Positions 29,023-37,008 of a stretch of 64,000 nt of DNA are shown piece after piece (the stretch's first letter is position 1; each line of letters starts with the position of its first letter). The position numbers and the translations under genes were made by a program. The notes below the pieces were generated by a model. The model saw only the letters and a program-made list of their open reading frames with translations, was not told the origin of the DNA and did no database searches. Origin of the DNA: Pseudomonadales bacterium (GTDB lineage Bacteria > Pseudomonadota > Gammaproteobacteria > Pseudomonadales > Azotimanducaceae); the NCBI GenBank assembly GCA_963691775.1, contig OY829369.1, positions 2,044,480 through 2,108,479 on the forward strand. The letters run 5' to 3'.

Positions 29023-29058
29023 GCGGCACGCGACGCGGCACGCGATGCGGCACGCCAT
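29023..29058. repeat. 3 x 12-bp direct repeat (gcggcacgcgac / gcggcacgcgat / gcggcacgccat) in a divergent promoter region
   Basis: Read directly. Lies about 160 nt upstream of the acyl-CoA dehydrogenase ATG (29215) and about 230 nt upstream of the PPIase start (28795). Confidence 0.7.
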
Positions 29059-29214
29059 GCGCGATCTCCGGACCCTCCACCAGCTGTGCTTTGAGGACCA
29101 GGCGTCGCGTTAGCGCCGAATTTCCTCCACGGCCACGAACCCGGAGGGTGGCGGGCGCTGCGGAGGTTCCTTAGGCTGGTTCGGGTAATCAACTTCGCCC
29201 CTGGGAGGGAGCCG

Positions 29215-30489
29215 ATGAACGTGGCAAAGACGCAGTTGCCGCAGCACGAACTGAATCAGGATTTGTTCCAGCTCGCGATGTCCGACGCGGCACAGCCGCT
29301 CATGGACGCCGTGAAGGCCCACATCCGCGATCATGTTGCGCCGATCACCAAGGAATTCTTCGCACTCGACAAGGAAAAGACCGATCGCTGGTCCTGGCAT
29401 CCGCGCCAGCTCGAGCTCCTTGAGGGCGCAAAGGATGCAGCCAAGGCGAATGGCCTCTGGAACTTCTTCCTGCCGGACAACGAGTACGGCAGCGGCCTCA
29501 CCAATCTCGACTACGCCTACATCGCAACGGAGCTGGGCAAATCCCCGCTCGCGTCCGAGTCGCTGAATTGCTCGGCGCCTGACACCGGCAACATGGAGGT
29601 GCTCGAGCGCGTGGGCACGCCGGAGCAGAAGAAGCAGTGGCTGGAGCCGCTGATGAACGGCGATATCCGCTCCGCCTACGCCATGACCGAGCCGGCGCTA
29701 CCGTCCTCCGACGCGCGCAACATCTCGACGTCTGCCGTTCTCGACGGCGACGAGTACGTGATCAACGGCGAGAAGTTCTATATCTCCGGCGCCGGCGATC
29801 CGCGCTGCAAGATCATGATCGTCATGGTGAAGACGGACCCCGACGGCCCGTCGCACAAGCAGCAGTCGCAGATCCTCGTTCCGAAGGACACGCCCGGAGT
29901 CGAGATCCTCGAAGGCATGCAGGTGTTCGGTCAGGACCATGCGCCGCGCGGCCACATGCACATCCGCTTCAACAACGTGCGCGTGCCGAAGGAAAACATC
30001 CTTCTCGGTGAAGGCCGTGGCTTCGAGATCAGCCAATTGCGTCTGGGCCCGGGCCGCATCCATCACTGCATGCGCTCCATCGGCAAGGCCGAGGTCGCCC
30101 TCGAACTCATGGTGCGCCGCTCCGCGACCCGCGAAGCCTTCGGCAAGCCGATCGCCAAGCTCGGCGGCAATCTCGAGAAGATCAGCCGCGCGCGCATCGA
30201 GATCGACGCCATGCGTCTGATGGTCCTCCAGGCGGCGAAGGCCATGGATGTGCTCGGCAATAAGGAAGCACGCGTCTACGTCTCGGCCGTAAAGGCGATG
30301 GTTCCGGAGAAGGTCTGCGACATCATCGACGACGCGATCCAGATGCACGGCGCCACCGGCATCAGCCAGTGGTCGATCCTGCCGGGCCTCTATACGGACA
30401 TGCGCCACCTGCGTTTCGCCGACGGCCCGGACGAGGTGCACCACATGGTGGTGGGCCGCAACGAGCTGATGAAGTACGACCTCTGGTGA
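29215..30489 (+). CDS. acyl-CoA dehydrogenase (ACAD10/11 / FadE2-like)
   Basis: 424 aa with a GGGAGGGAG RBS. SAYAMTEPALPSSDARNIST, YVINGEKFYISGAGDP and RFADGPDEVH motifs. Confidence 0.9.
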   Translation: MNVAKTQLPQHELNQDLFQLAMSDAAQPLMDAVKAHIRDHVAPITKEFFALDKEKTDRWSWHPRQLELLEGAKDAAKANGLWNFFLPDNEYGSGLTNLDYAYIATELGKSPLASESLNCSAPDTGNMEVLERVGTPEQKKQWLEPLMNGDIRSAYAMTEPALPSSDARNISTSAVLDGDEYVINGEKFYISGAGDPRCKIMIVMVKTDPDGPSHKQQSQILVPKDTPGVEILEGMQVFGQDHAPRGHMHIRFNNVRVPKENILLGEGRGFEISQLRLGPGRIHHCMRSIGKAEVALELMVRRSATREAFGKPIAKLGGNLEKISRARIEIDAMRLMVLQAAKAMDVLGNKEARVYVSAVKAMVPEKVCDIIDDAIQMHGATGISQWSILPGLYTDMRHLRFADGPDEVHHMVVGRNELMKYDLW

Positions 30490-30521
30490 GCCGCCGCTAG
30501 CCGGTTTCCACCAGGAATCCG

Positions 30522-30551
30522 GGCCGGAGCGCGCCCCTGCGCGCTCCGGCC
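30522..30551. terminator. GC-rich hairpin between convergent genes (putative bidirectional terminator)
   Basis: ggccggagcgcgc (30522-30534), loop ccct, gcgcgctccggcc (30539-30551): a perfect 13-bp stem. No clear U-tract. Confidence 0.6.
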
Positions 30552-30613
30552 TAAGCGCCCGCCTCTTCCGATCGCGACCCTTGCCTCACTGAACGCAGCT
30601 CGGAGGCGCCGCC

Positions 30614-32176
30614 TCAGTTTACGCTGCGCGTCTGACCTTCCCAAAAAGGCTTGCGCAGTTCCGTCTTGAGGATCTTTCCGGCACCCGACAGCGGCAGCGG
30701 CTCCTCGCGGAGCGTCACGCTGCGCGGGCACTTGAAGCCGGCAATGGCGGCGCGGCAGTGGTCGATGATTCCCGCTTCCGTAGGCGCAGTACCGGGCCTC
30801 GGCACGATGATCGCGTGCACGCGCTCGCCCCACTTCTCGTCCGGCACGCCGATGACGGCGCACTGAGCAACGTCCGGGTGCGAGGAGAGCGCGTTCTCGA
30901 CCTCGGCGGAATACACATTCTCCCCGCCCGAGACGATCATGTCCTTCACGCGATCGACGATGAAGAGGAATCCCTCAGCGTCGAGGCGTCCCCCGTCTCC
31001 GGTGTGCAACCAGCCGTTCCGGAGCGTCGCTTCAGTTTGCTCGGGCAGATTGCGATAGCCCAGCATCACGTTCGGGCCGCGGCAGCAGACCTCGCCGACC
31101 TCACCGAGCGGAACCGGTTCATCGTTCTCGTCGAGCACGGCGAGCTCGACGCCGGGAATCGCCTGACCCGCGGATTTCAGCTTGCCGGCATAGGGGCTGT
31201 CCGGATCGACGGTGTGGTACTCACTGCGCAGCAAGGTGATGCACGGCGCCGCTTCCGTCTGACCGTAGGCCTGGACGAGCGCCACGTGCGGCAACACTTC
31301 GAGCGACTTCGCGATGACCGCCTCGGGCATGGGCGACGCGCCGTACAGCACACGTTCAAGGCCAGACAGGTCGTAGTCTCCGAGCGCTGGATGATTGACG
31401 ACCATGTTGATCATCGTGGGCACAAGCAAAAGCTTCTGGATGCGTTCGCGCGCGAGGGTCTCCAGGACCGCGACCGGCTCGAAGGCCGGCAGGAACCCGT
31501 TGCAGCCGGCCGCCATGGCCGACGCCATGCAGATCACCCAGTCGGCAATGTGGAACATCGGCGCCGTGTGCAGGACGCGATCGTTTGCGGCGATGCCGAG
31601 GATCGGCGCGATCTGCAGGGCATTCACCACCAGATTCTGATGGGAGAGCATCACGCCCTTGGAGCGGCCGGTTGTACCGCCGGTGTAGAACAGACCGGCG
31701 AGCTCATCGCCGCCGCGGCCCGCATCCGCCACGGGCGCACCCGCGGCAAGGGCGTCCCAGGCGATCGTCCCCTCGGGCGCTGCGTCGCCAAGAAAGACCA
31801 GGGTCTCGAGATCGGGGAGCTGATCGCGCACGGACAGTACGAGCGGCAGGAACGCTTCATCCACGCAAAGCACGCGAGCGGCCGAGTCGGTCAACCAGTG
31901 CACGACCTCCGGGCCGGCCAGGCGCGTATTGATCGGCACGAACACGCCGCCGGCCCAGGCAGTCGCAAAGTAGAATTCATAGTAGCGGTCGCTGTTGAGC
32001 GACAGGATCGCCGCACGTTCACCGCCCTCGATACCGAGGCCGCGCAAGCCCGAAGCAAGTCGCGCAATGCGATCCGGAAACTGCGCCCACGTCAGCGTTC
32101 GCCCCTCATGGCTGAGCGCTACCGCATCAGGATTGATCTGCGCGGCGCGACGCGCAACGGTGCTGAGTGCGAGCAT
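30614..32176 (-). CDS. AMP-dependent acyl-CoA synthetase/ligase
   Basis: 520 aa with a GGGGAGG RBS. LFYTGGTTGRSKGVMLSH (AMP-binding motif), GWLHTGDGG and a C-terminal GKILK motif. Confidence 0.9.
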   Translation of the reverse strand: MLALSTVARRAAQINPDAVALSHEGRTLTWAQFPDRIARLASGLRGLGIEGGERAAILSLNSDRYYEFYFATAWAGGVFVPINTRLAGPEVVHWLTDSAARVLCVDEAFLPLVLSVRDQLPDLETLVFLGDAAPEGTIAWDALAAGAPVADAGRGGDELAGLFYTGGTTGRSKGVMLSHQNLVVNALQIAPILGIAANDRVLHTAPMFHIADWVICMASAMAAGCNGFLPAFEPVAVLETLARERIQKLLLVPTMINMVVNHPALGDYDLSGLERVLYGASPMPEAVIAKSLEVLPHVALVQAYGQTEAAPCITLLRSEYHTVDPDSPYAGKLKSAGQAIPGVELAVLDENDEPVPLGEVGEVCCRGPNVMLGYRNLPEQTEATLRNGWLHTGDGGRLDAEGFLFIVDRVKDMIVSGGENVYSAEVENALSSHPDVAQCAVIGVPDEKWGERVHAIIVPRPGTAPTEAGIIDHCRAAIAGFKCPRSVTLREEPLPLSGAGKILKTELRKPFWEGQTRSVN

Positions 32177-32230
32177 CTTCGAAACCTCCCCGTTCCAGAT
32201 CGCCCGAGCATAGCTGGCTTGGCAGCGCGC

Positions 32231-32254
32231 CCACGATCGCGTTCACGATCGTGG
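32231..32254. promoter_or_regulatory. inverted repeat CCACGATCG-n6-CGATCGTGG (candidate operator)
   Basis: Perfect 9-bp arms read directly in the 333-bp divergent ligase/P450 intergenic region. Followed by further TCACG-type half-site-like words. Confidence 0.35.
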
Positions 32255-32509
32255 TCACTGTCATGTTCGCAATCACGCTCACGATGGTCAGCCGCCGCAC
32301 GCCTGATCTTCGCCGCGGGCGGGCGTATGCCGATCTGACACCGGCGCCCGCGTCAGGCCCGAGCAGCCAGCACGGGGACTATGGAATGAGCGCGCTTCTC
32401 TCTATGCTCTGCGCCGGATTTACGCAGGGCGCCTCTGCACATCATCGCTTCCGCCCCCGAAGCGGGATTCAACGTGAGGAAACCATCCTGCGTCAGCAAG
32501 GAGAACGAC

Positions 32510-33871
32510 GTGCGACTCATCAGCGACGACATACTCATCGACTCCGGGGCACAGAAGCCCGTTTTCGATGCGGTGTACCCGACCCTGGGCGACTTTGATT
32601 TCGCCAATCCTTCGTCCTGGACGAACGGCCATCCGTTCTCGCTGTATCGGGAAATGCGTGCGTCGGCCCCGGTCATGTGGACCCCCGGACGCAAGGGCAT
32701 GTCCGGATTCTGGTCGATCACCCGATACGCCGACATCAAGGAAGTCGAGCTCGCCCACGACCTGTTCTCCTCGCAGCGCGGCAGCATCAACATGGGCGTC
32801 CCGCCTCGGGACAAGTGGAAACCCGAGAAATTGGTGCCGGCCGCCTACAACTCCCTCATCAACATGGATGAGCCGCTGCACCGCGAGATGCGCATGCAGC
32901 AGAACGAATTCTTCTTCCCGCGATACGTCGAGAAACTGCGCGCGCGCGTAGGCCAGAAGATCGATTCGATGCTGGACGATCTCGAACGCCAGGGCCCCGA
33001 GGTCGACTTCGTCAAACTCTTCGCCGAAGAACTGCCGATTTTCACGCTGAGCGAGATGCTGGGCATCGACGAAGAGGACCGGCCGAAGGTGAAGGTCTGG
33101 ATGCATCACCTGGAGATGGCGGCGCAGTTTCTGTCCAATCCGCTGCAGACCTTCTTTGCGGAGCCGATGCTCCCCTTCCGCTTCAATCGCGTGGTCGACG
33201 ACATGTTCGCCTACGGCGAGGAAGTCATGGCCGATCGCCGCGCCAATCCACGCGAAGACCTGCTCACGACGATCGCGCGGTCGACCCTCGGAAACGAGCT
33301 CATGCCGCAGGAGTTTCTCGACGGCTCCTGGCTGCTGATCATTTTCGCGGGCAACGACACTTCACGGAATTCGCTCTCCGGCACGATTCGCCTCATGACC
33401 GAATATCCAGACCAGCGCGCGCTGGTTCTGGAAGACCCCTCGCTGATCCCCGCCATGTCTGCCGAAGCCCTGCGCATGGTGTCCCCGGTCATGCACATGC
33501 GCCGCACGGCGACAGAAGACACGGAGCTCAATGGCCAGAGCATCGCGAAGGACGAGAAATTGGTGCTGTGGTACGGCGCGGCCAATCGCGACCCGGACGT
33601 GTTCCCGGATCCGGACCGCTTCGACATCCTGCGCAAGAATGCCGACAAGCACATTGCCTTCGGCCACGGCGTACACAAGTGCCTCGGCCAGCGCATCGCC
33701 AAGCTGCAGCTCTCCATGGCCTTCGAGCGCATCTTCGAGCGCTTCCCGAACATCCACTGGACCGGCAAGCAGCGGATCGCCCCGAACCCGCTGGTGCACG
33801 CGATCTCCAGCCTGACCGTGAACCTGTATGGGCCGGGCGGGAAGCGACCGGCTCAGGTGGCGGCGGGTTGA
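32510..33871 (+). CDS. cytochrome P450 (class I, CYP125/CYP153-like appearance)
   Basis: Start re-placed to GTG 32510 (AAGGAG 6 nt upstream); 453 aa. Heme loop FGHGVHKCLGQRIA, I-helix IFAGNDTSRNS, EALRMVSPV (ExxR). No adjacent ferredoxin or reductase gene. Confidence 0.9.
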   Translation: MRLISDDILIDSGAQKPVFDAVYPTLGDFDFANPSSWTNGHPFSLYREMRASAPVMWTPGRKGMSGFWSITRYADIKEVELAHDLFSSQRGSINMGVPPRDKWKPEKLVPAAYNSLINMDEPLHREMRMQQNEFFFPRYVEKLRARVGQKIDSMLDDLERQGPEVDFVKLFAEELPIFTLSEMLGIDEEDRPKVKVWMHHLEMAAQFLSNPLQTFFAEPMLPFRFNRVVDDMFAYGEEVMADRRANPREDLLTTIARSTLGNELMPQEFLDGSWLLIIFAGNDTSRNSLSGTIRLMTEYPDQRALVLEDPSLIPAMSAEALRMVSPVMHMRRTATEDTELNGQSIAKDEKLVLWYGAANRDPDVFPDPDRFDILRKNADKHIAFGHGVHKCLGQRIAKLQLSMAFERIFERFPNIHWTGKQRIAPNPLVHAISSLTVNLYGPGGKRPAQVAAG

Positions 33872-33930
33872 TGAGATGCGTTCCGGTCGTTAGCGCTGCT
33901 TGCGACCAGGGAAGAGGCTGAACAGCAAAG

Positions 33931-33952
33931 CGCCCGTCCCGAACGGCGGGCG
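33931..33952. terminator. weak hairpin downstream of the P450 and TetR genes
   Basis: cgcccgtc / ggcgggcg, an 8-bp stem with one G-U pair and loop ccgaac. No U-tract. Confidence 0.35.
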
Positions 33953-33991
33953 AGCGAGCTGCGGCGGGCGCCAGACGGGCAAGCGCAGCGG

Positions 33992-34612
33992 TCAGCGCCC
34001 CGCGATCGGCACGACCAGTTCGATCAATTGCGCCACGGCCTCGTCGATGTCCATGTTCAGGCGCGATGCCTCGTAGCCTGGATGGTCGACGATCATGGCA
34101 ATGCCCCAGGGCACCGCAGTGGTGTAGAGGTTCAGCAATTCGGGGTGAACGTGCGGGTGCCTTCCCGTTGCCTGCGTTTCGCGCACCGTCTCGGCCACGA
34201 GGCTGTCCAGTTCCTGCATGCGCGCCACGAGGCTCTCGTCAGCGAACCGGCTGACATCCGGGTGCGTGAACACGCGAAACAGCGGGCGGTTCTCGAGCGC
34301 CCACTTCAGATAGCCGCGGCCCATGGCGTTCAGGCGCACCCACGGGTCGTCGCCCACCTCTGCCATGGCCGACAGCGTCGCCTCACAAGCCTGGGTGGCA
34401 GCTTCCTCGGCGAGCGCCGCAAGCAGGTCCTCCCGCGTACGGAAATGACGATTCGGCGCGCCGTGCGAAACGCCAAGATCGCGCGCGAGCCCACGCAGCG
34501 TCAGCGCTTCGAGGCCCTGCTCAGCGACGACCTCCGCGGCCCGCGCGAGCAAGGACGCTCGGAGCGCGCCATGGTGATAGGGCTTGGCGTCGCTGCGTGC
34601 AGCCGTCGTCAC
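33992..34612 (-). CDS. TetR/AcrR-family transcriptional regulator
   Basis: 206 aa. HTH ALTLRGLARDLGVSHGAPNRHFRTREDLLAAL. Its GTG start overlaps the desaturase stop (GTGA). Confidence 0.9.
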   Translation of the reverse strand: MTTAARSDAKPYHHGALRASLLARAAEVVAEQGLEALTLRGLARDLGVSHGAPNRHFRTREDLLAALAEEAATQACEATLSAMAEVGDDPWVRLNAMGRGYLKWALENRPLFRVFTHPDVSRFADESLVARMQELDSLVAETVRETQATGRHPHVHPELLNLYTTAVPWGIAMIVDHPGYEASRLNMDIDEAVAQLIELVVPIAGR

Positions 34613-35505
34613 CCTTCAAGACCGCCCAGTTCACAGCCCTTCCGCTCAAGGATGGGCTTCAGGGCCCGATAGGCAGCGGGCGTCTGCATGAGCGGTATCG
34701 TCGGATAGAGGTGGTGCACGATGTGATACTGCATCCCGCCGGACCAGAGATTCCCCAGCAGACTCCTGAAGGCGCGCGTATCGCCGTAGCGGTTCGTCGA
34801 GGTGCCCGGATGGTGCGGCATCCAGGCCAGATAGAACTGGATCCAGATCAGGGCGACGTGACGCGGCAGCCACCAGAGCAGCGCCACTTCAAGCGCGTAG
34901 CCCGTCCACGCCAGACCGAAGAGCACGCCGAGATAGACCAGTTCGTAGGCTAGAGCGTCCTTAAGGACGTCCTCCCGGCCTATACGTATCAGCGTGTCCG
35001 CATACGCGCTCGTCGCGTTGCTGCCGATGCGCTTCTTGAAAAAATCGAAGGCGTCCTCCGCATGAACCTCGTAATCCGGATCGCGCGCAGGATCGTTCGT
35101 GTGACGGTGATGCTCGAGGTGCGTGTGCCGCAGGACCCGGAACGATTGCCAGAGCGGAATCAGGGACACCCAGCCGAGGGTTTCGTTGAGCCAGCGGAGC
35201 TTGTGGCCTTCCCGCGCGACGATGCCGTGCTGCGCTTCGTGCGAGGGCAAATAGGACAGGGCCACGTTCAGCGTCGCGATCGGGAAGGCAATCCACAGCG
35301 ATAGATCACCCAGAAACACCAGTGGCCAGAGCGCAAGCCAAACGAAGCAGTTGGAAAAGCCCCAGAGCACCGAGCCCCAGGGAAAGATCTTCGTGAATGG
35401 TCCCGCGATCTTCCGTTCGAGGACGTCGAGTTCGGCGTCGGTCACCGCATCGAAGTCGACCTCGGCGGTAAGCGCCTGAACGTTCGTCAGAGCGACCGAT
35501 GCCAC
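34609..35505 (-). CDS. membrane fatty-acid-desaturase-family di-iron oxygenase
   Basis: His boxes HEAQHG, HLEHHRH and HIVHHLYP, with several hydrophobic helices. Start set at GTG 35505 because there is no ATG downstream. The upstream part of the track ORF is Arg-rich and overlaps the small membrane gene. Confidence 0.78.
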   Translation of the reverse strand: MASVALTNVQALTAEVDFDAVTDAELDVLERKIAGPFTKIFPWGSVLWGFSNCFVWLALWPLVFLGDLSLWIAFPIATLNVALSYLPSHEAQHGIVAREGHKLRWLNETLGWVSLIPLWQSFRVLRHTHLEHHRHTNDPARDPDYEVHAEDAFDFFKKRIGSNATSAYADTLIRIGREDVLKDALAYELVYLGVLFGLAWTGYALEVALLWWLPRHVALIWIQFYLAWMPHHPGTSTNRYGDTRAFRSLLGNLWSGGMQYHIVHHLYPTIPLMQTPAAYRALKPILERKGCELGGLEG

Positions 35506-35684
35506 AGCCAGCCCCCCCGTATCTGTGCGATCGCGCCGATGACGAGACCGACCACAAGGCCGATGACGAGATTCGAGACGCCTGCGATGGAAACCCCGGC
35601 TGCGGTCAGCGACTGATCGATCAGGGGCACGAGAAAGCCGAGGGCGAACACCATCGGCGTGAAGAGCAACTTGAGTATCTGCAC
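35487..35684 (-). CDS. small hydrophobic membrane protein (65 aa)
   Basis: GTG 35684 preceded by GGAGG (7-nt spacing). VQILKLLFTPMVFALGFLVPLIDQSLTAAGVSIAGVSNLVIGLVVGLVIGAIAQIRGGW forms two predicted TM helices. Its end overlaps the desaturase start. Confidence 0.6.
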   Translation of the reverse strand: MQILKLLFTPMVFALGFLVPLIDQSLTAAGVSIAGVSNLVIGLVVGLVIGAIAQIRGGWLWHRSL

Positions 35685-35704
35685 GAGAAATCCTCCGGCG
35701 CAAC

Positions 35705-35761
35705 ATGTAGACAACGCCTACATTTGAGAGCTTGCACCTCGGATGTAGGCGGCGTCAACAT
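35705..35761. promoter_or_regulatory. pair of 19-bp operator-like sites in inverted orientation (ATGTAGACAACGCCTACAT / ATGTAGGCGGCGTCAACAT)
   Basis: Site 1 is 35705-35723 and site 2 is 35743-35761. Site 1 matches the reverse complement of site 2 at 16 of 19 positions, and each has ATGTAG/CTACAT-type dyad ends. They fill the 107-bp gap between the TetR-containing operon and the divergent acyl-CoA dehydrogenase. Confidence 0.55.
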
Positions 35762-35791
35762 TCAAGGGTAATCCGATGAAGGAGAGCGGAC

Positions 35792-36991
35792 GTGAAACTC
35801 GCATTCGACGCCGAACTCGAAGCGTTCCGACAGGAGGTCCGGACCTGGCTGAACGAGGTGCTCACGCCAGAGCTCAAGGAGGCCGGACGCAAGCGGACCA
35901 GCGTGTGGCAAGAGATTCGCTCGGCGATCGCCTGGCAGAAGATCCTCCACTCGAATGGCTGGGGCGGTGTGGATTGGCCGGCTCAGTACGGCGGCCCGGG
36001 TTGGAGCGTGGCGCAGCGCTACGTGTTTGCCGAAGAGTGCGCCCGCGCCGATGCGCCCTATCTCGTGCCAATGGGCGTGAAGATGTGCGCCCCCATGCTC
36101 ATGGGCTTCGGCACCCCGGAGCAGAAGGCCTACTACCTGCCCCGCATCCTCGACGGCACGGACATGTGGTGCCAGGGCTATTCGGAGCCCGGCGCGGGAT
36201 CGGATCTTGCGTCGCTGAAGACCATGGCCGTGAGCGACGGCGACCACTACGTGGTCAACGGCACCAAGATCTGGACCAGCTACGCCCACCTCTCGAACAT
36301 GATGTTCGCGCTCGTGCGGACCTCAACCGAGGGCAAGCCGCAGCAGGGCATCTCATTCCTGCTCATCGACATGGCGACGCCGGGCATCACGGTGAAACCG
36401 ATCGTCAATCTCGAAGGTTCACACGAGCTCAATCAGGTGTTCTTCGACGACGTGCGCGTGCCGAAGGCCAATCGCGTGGGCGAAGAGAACGATGGCTGGA
36501 CCGTCGCCAAATACCTGCTCCAGTTCGAACGTACGAGCATGTCGTCCATCGAACTGAGGCGGCAGCTTGCTCGGATCAAGGAGATCGCAAGCCGGGAGAC
36601 GCAGGACGGTCGGCACCTCGCAGAAGACGAAGACTTTCAGCGCAAGATGCAGGAACTCGAGATTCAGGCGCTCGGCATGGAAGTCTCCGAGGCGCGCGTC
36701 CTCGCGGATATCGGTGAGGGCAATCCGCCCGGCCCAGTGTCCTCCGTACTCAACGCAAGCGGCTCGGAAACGCTGCAGCGCGCCGAGACCTTTGCCGTCG
36801 AGGTGCTTGGCTACTACGGCTACCCCTACGAACTCGCGCGGCTGGAAGTCGGGTACAACGGTCCGCCCATGGGTCCCGAGGACGCCATGCCGATCCTCGG
36901 CACCTGGCTCAACAACCGCATGCGCACGATCGCGGGTGGCTCTTCGGAAGTGCAGCGAAACATTGTCGCCAAGGCCTTCCTAGGCCTCTGA
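35792..36991 (+). CDS. acyl-CoA dehydrogenase
   Basis: 399 aa. GTG start with a GAAGGAGAG RBS. WCQGYSEPGAGSDLASL, YVVNGTKIWTS and IAGGSSEVQRNIVA motifs. Confidence 0.9.
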   Translation: MKLAFDAELEAFRQEVRTWLNEVLTPELKEAGRKRTSVWQEIRSAIAWQKILHSNGWGGVDWPAQYGGPGWSVAQRYVFAEECARADAPYLVPMGVKMCAPMLMGFGTPEQKAYYLPRILDGTDMWCQGYSEPGAGSDLASLKTMAVSDGDHYVVNGTKIWTSYAHLSNMMFALVRTSTEGKPQQGISFLLIDMATPGITVKPIVNLEGSHELNQVFFDDVRVPKANRVGEENDGWTVAKYLLQFERTSMSSIELRRQLARIKEIASRETQDGRHLAEDEDFQRKMQELEIQALGMEVSEARVLADIGEGNPPGPVSSVLNASGSETLQRAETFAVEVLGYYGYPYELARLEVGYNGPPMGPEDAMPILGTWLNNRMRTIAGGSSEVQRNIVAKAFLGL

Positions 36992-37008
36992 AGCAACAGG
37001 AGCGCGCC

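Noticed and set aside
32167-32598. A 143-aa plus-strand ORF whose first part encodes a TM-like stretch (APTIAFTIVVTVMFAITLTMV) in the ligase/P450 intergenic region.
   Set aside because: Its only upstream start (GTG 32167) lies inside the ligase start region, and the internal starts would cut the helix. The rest of the product is low complexity and runs out of frame into the P450. The opposite strand gives an equally hydrophobic peptide, so the signal comes from the ATC/GTG/ACG-rich repeat words, which look more like an operator region.
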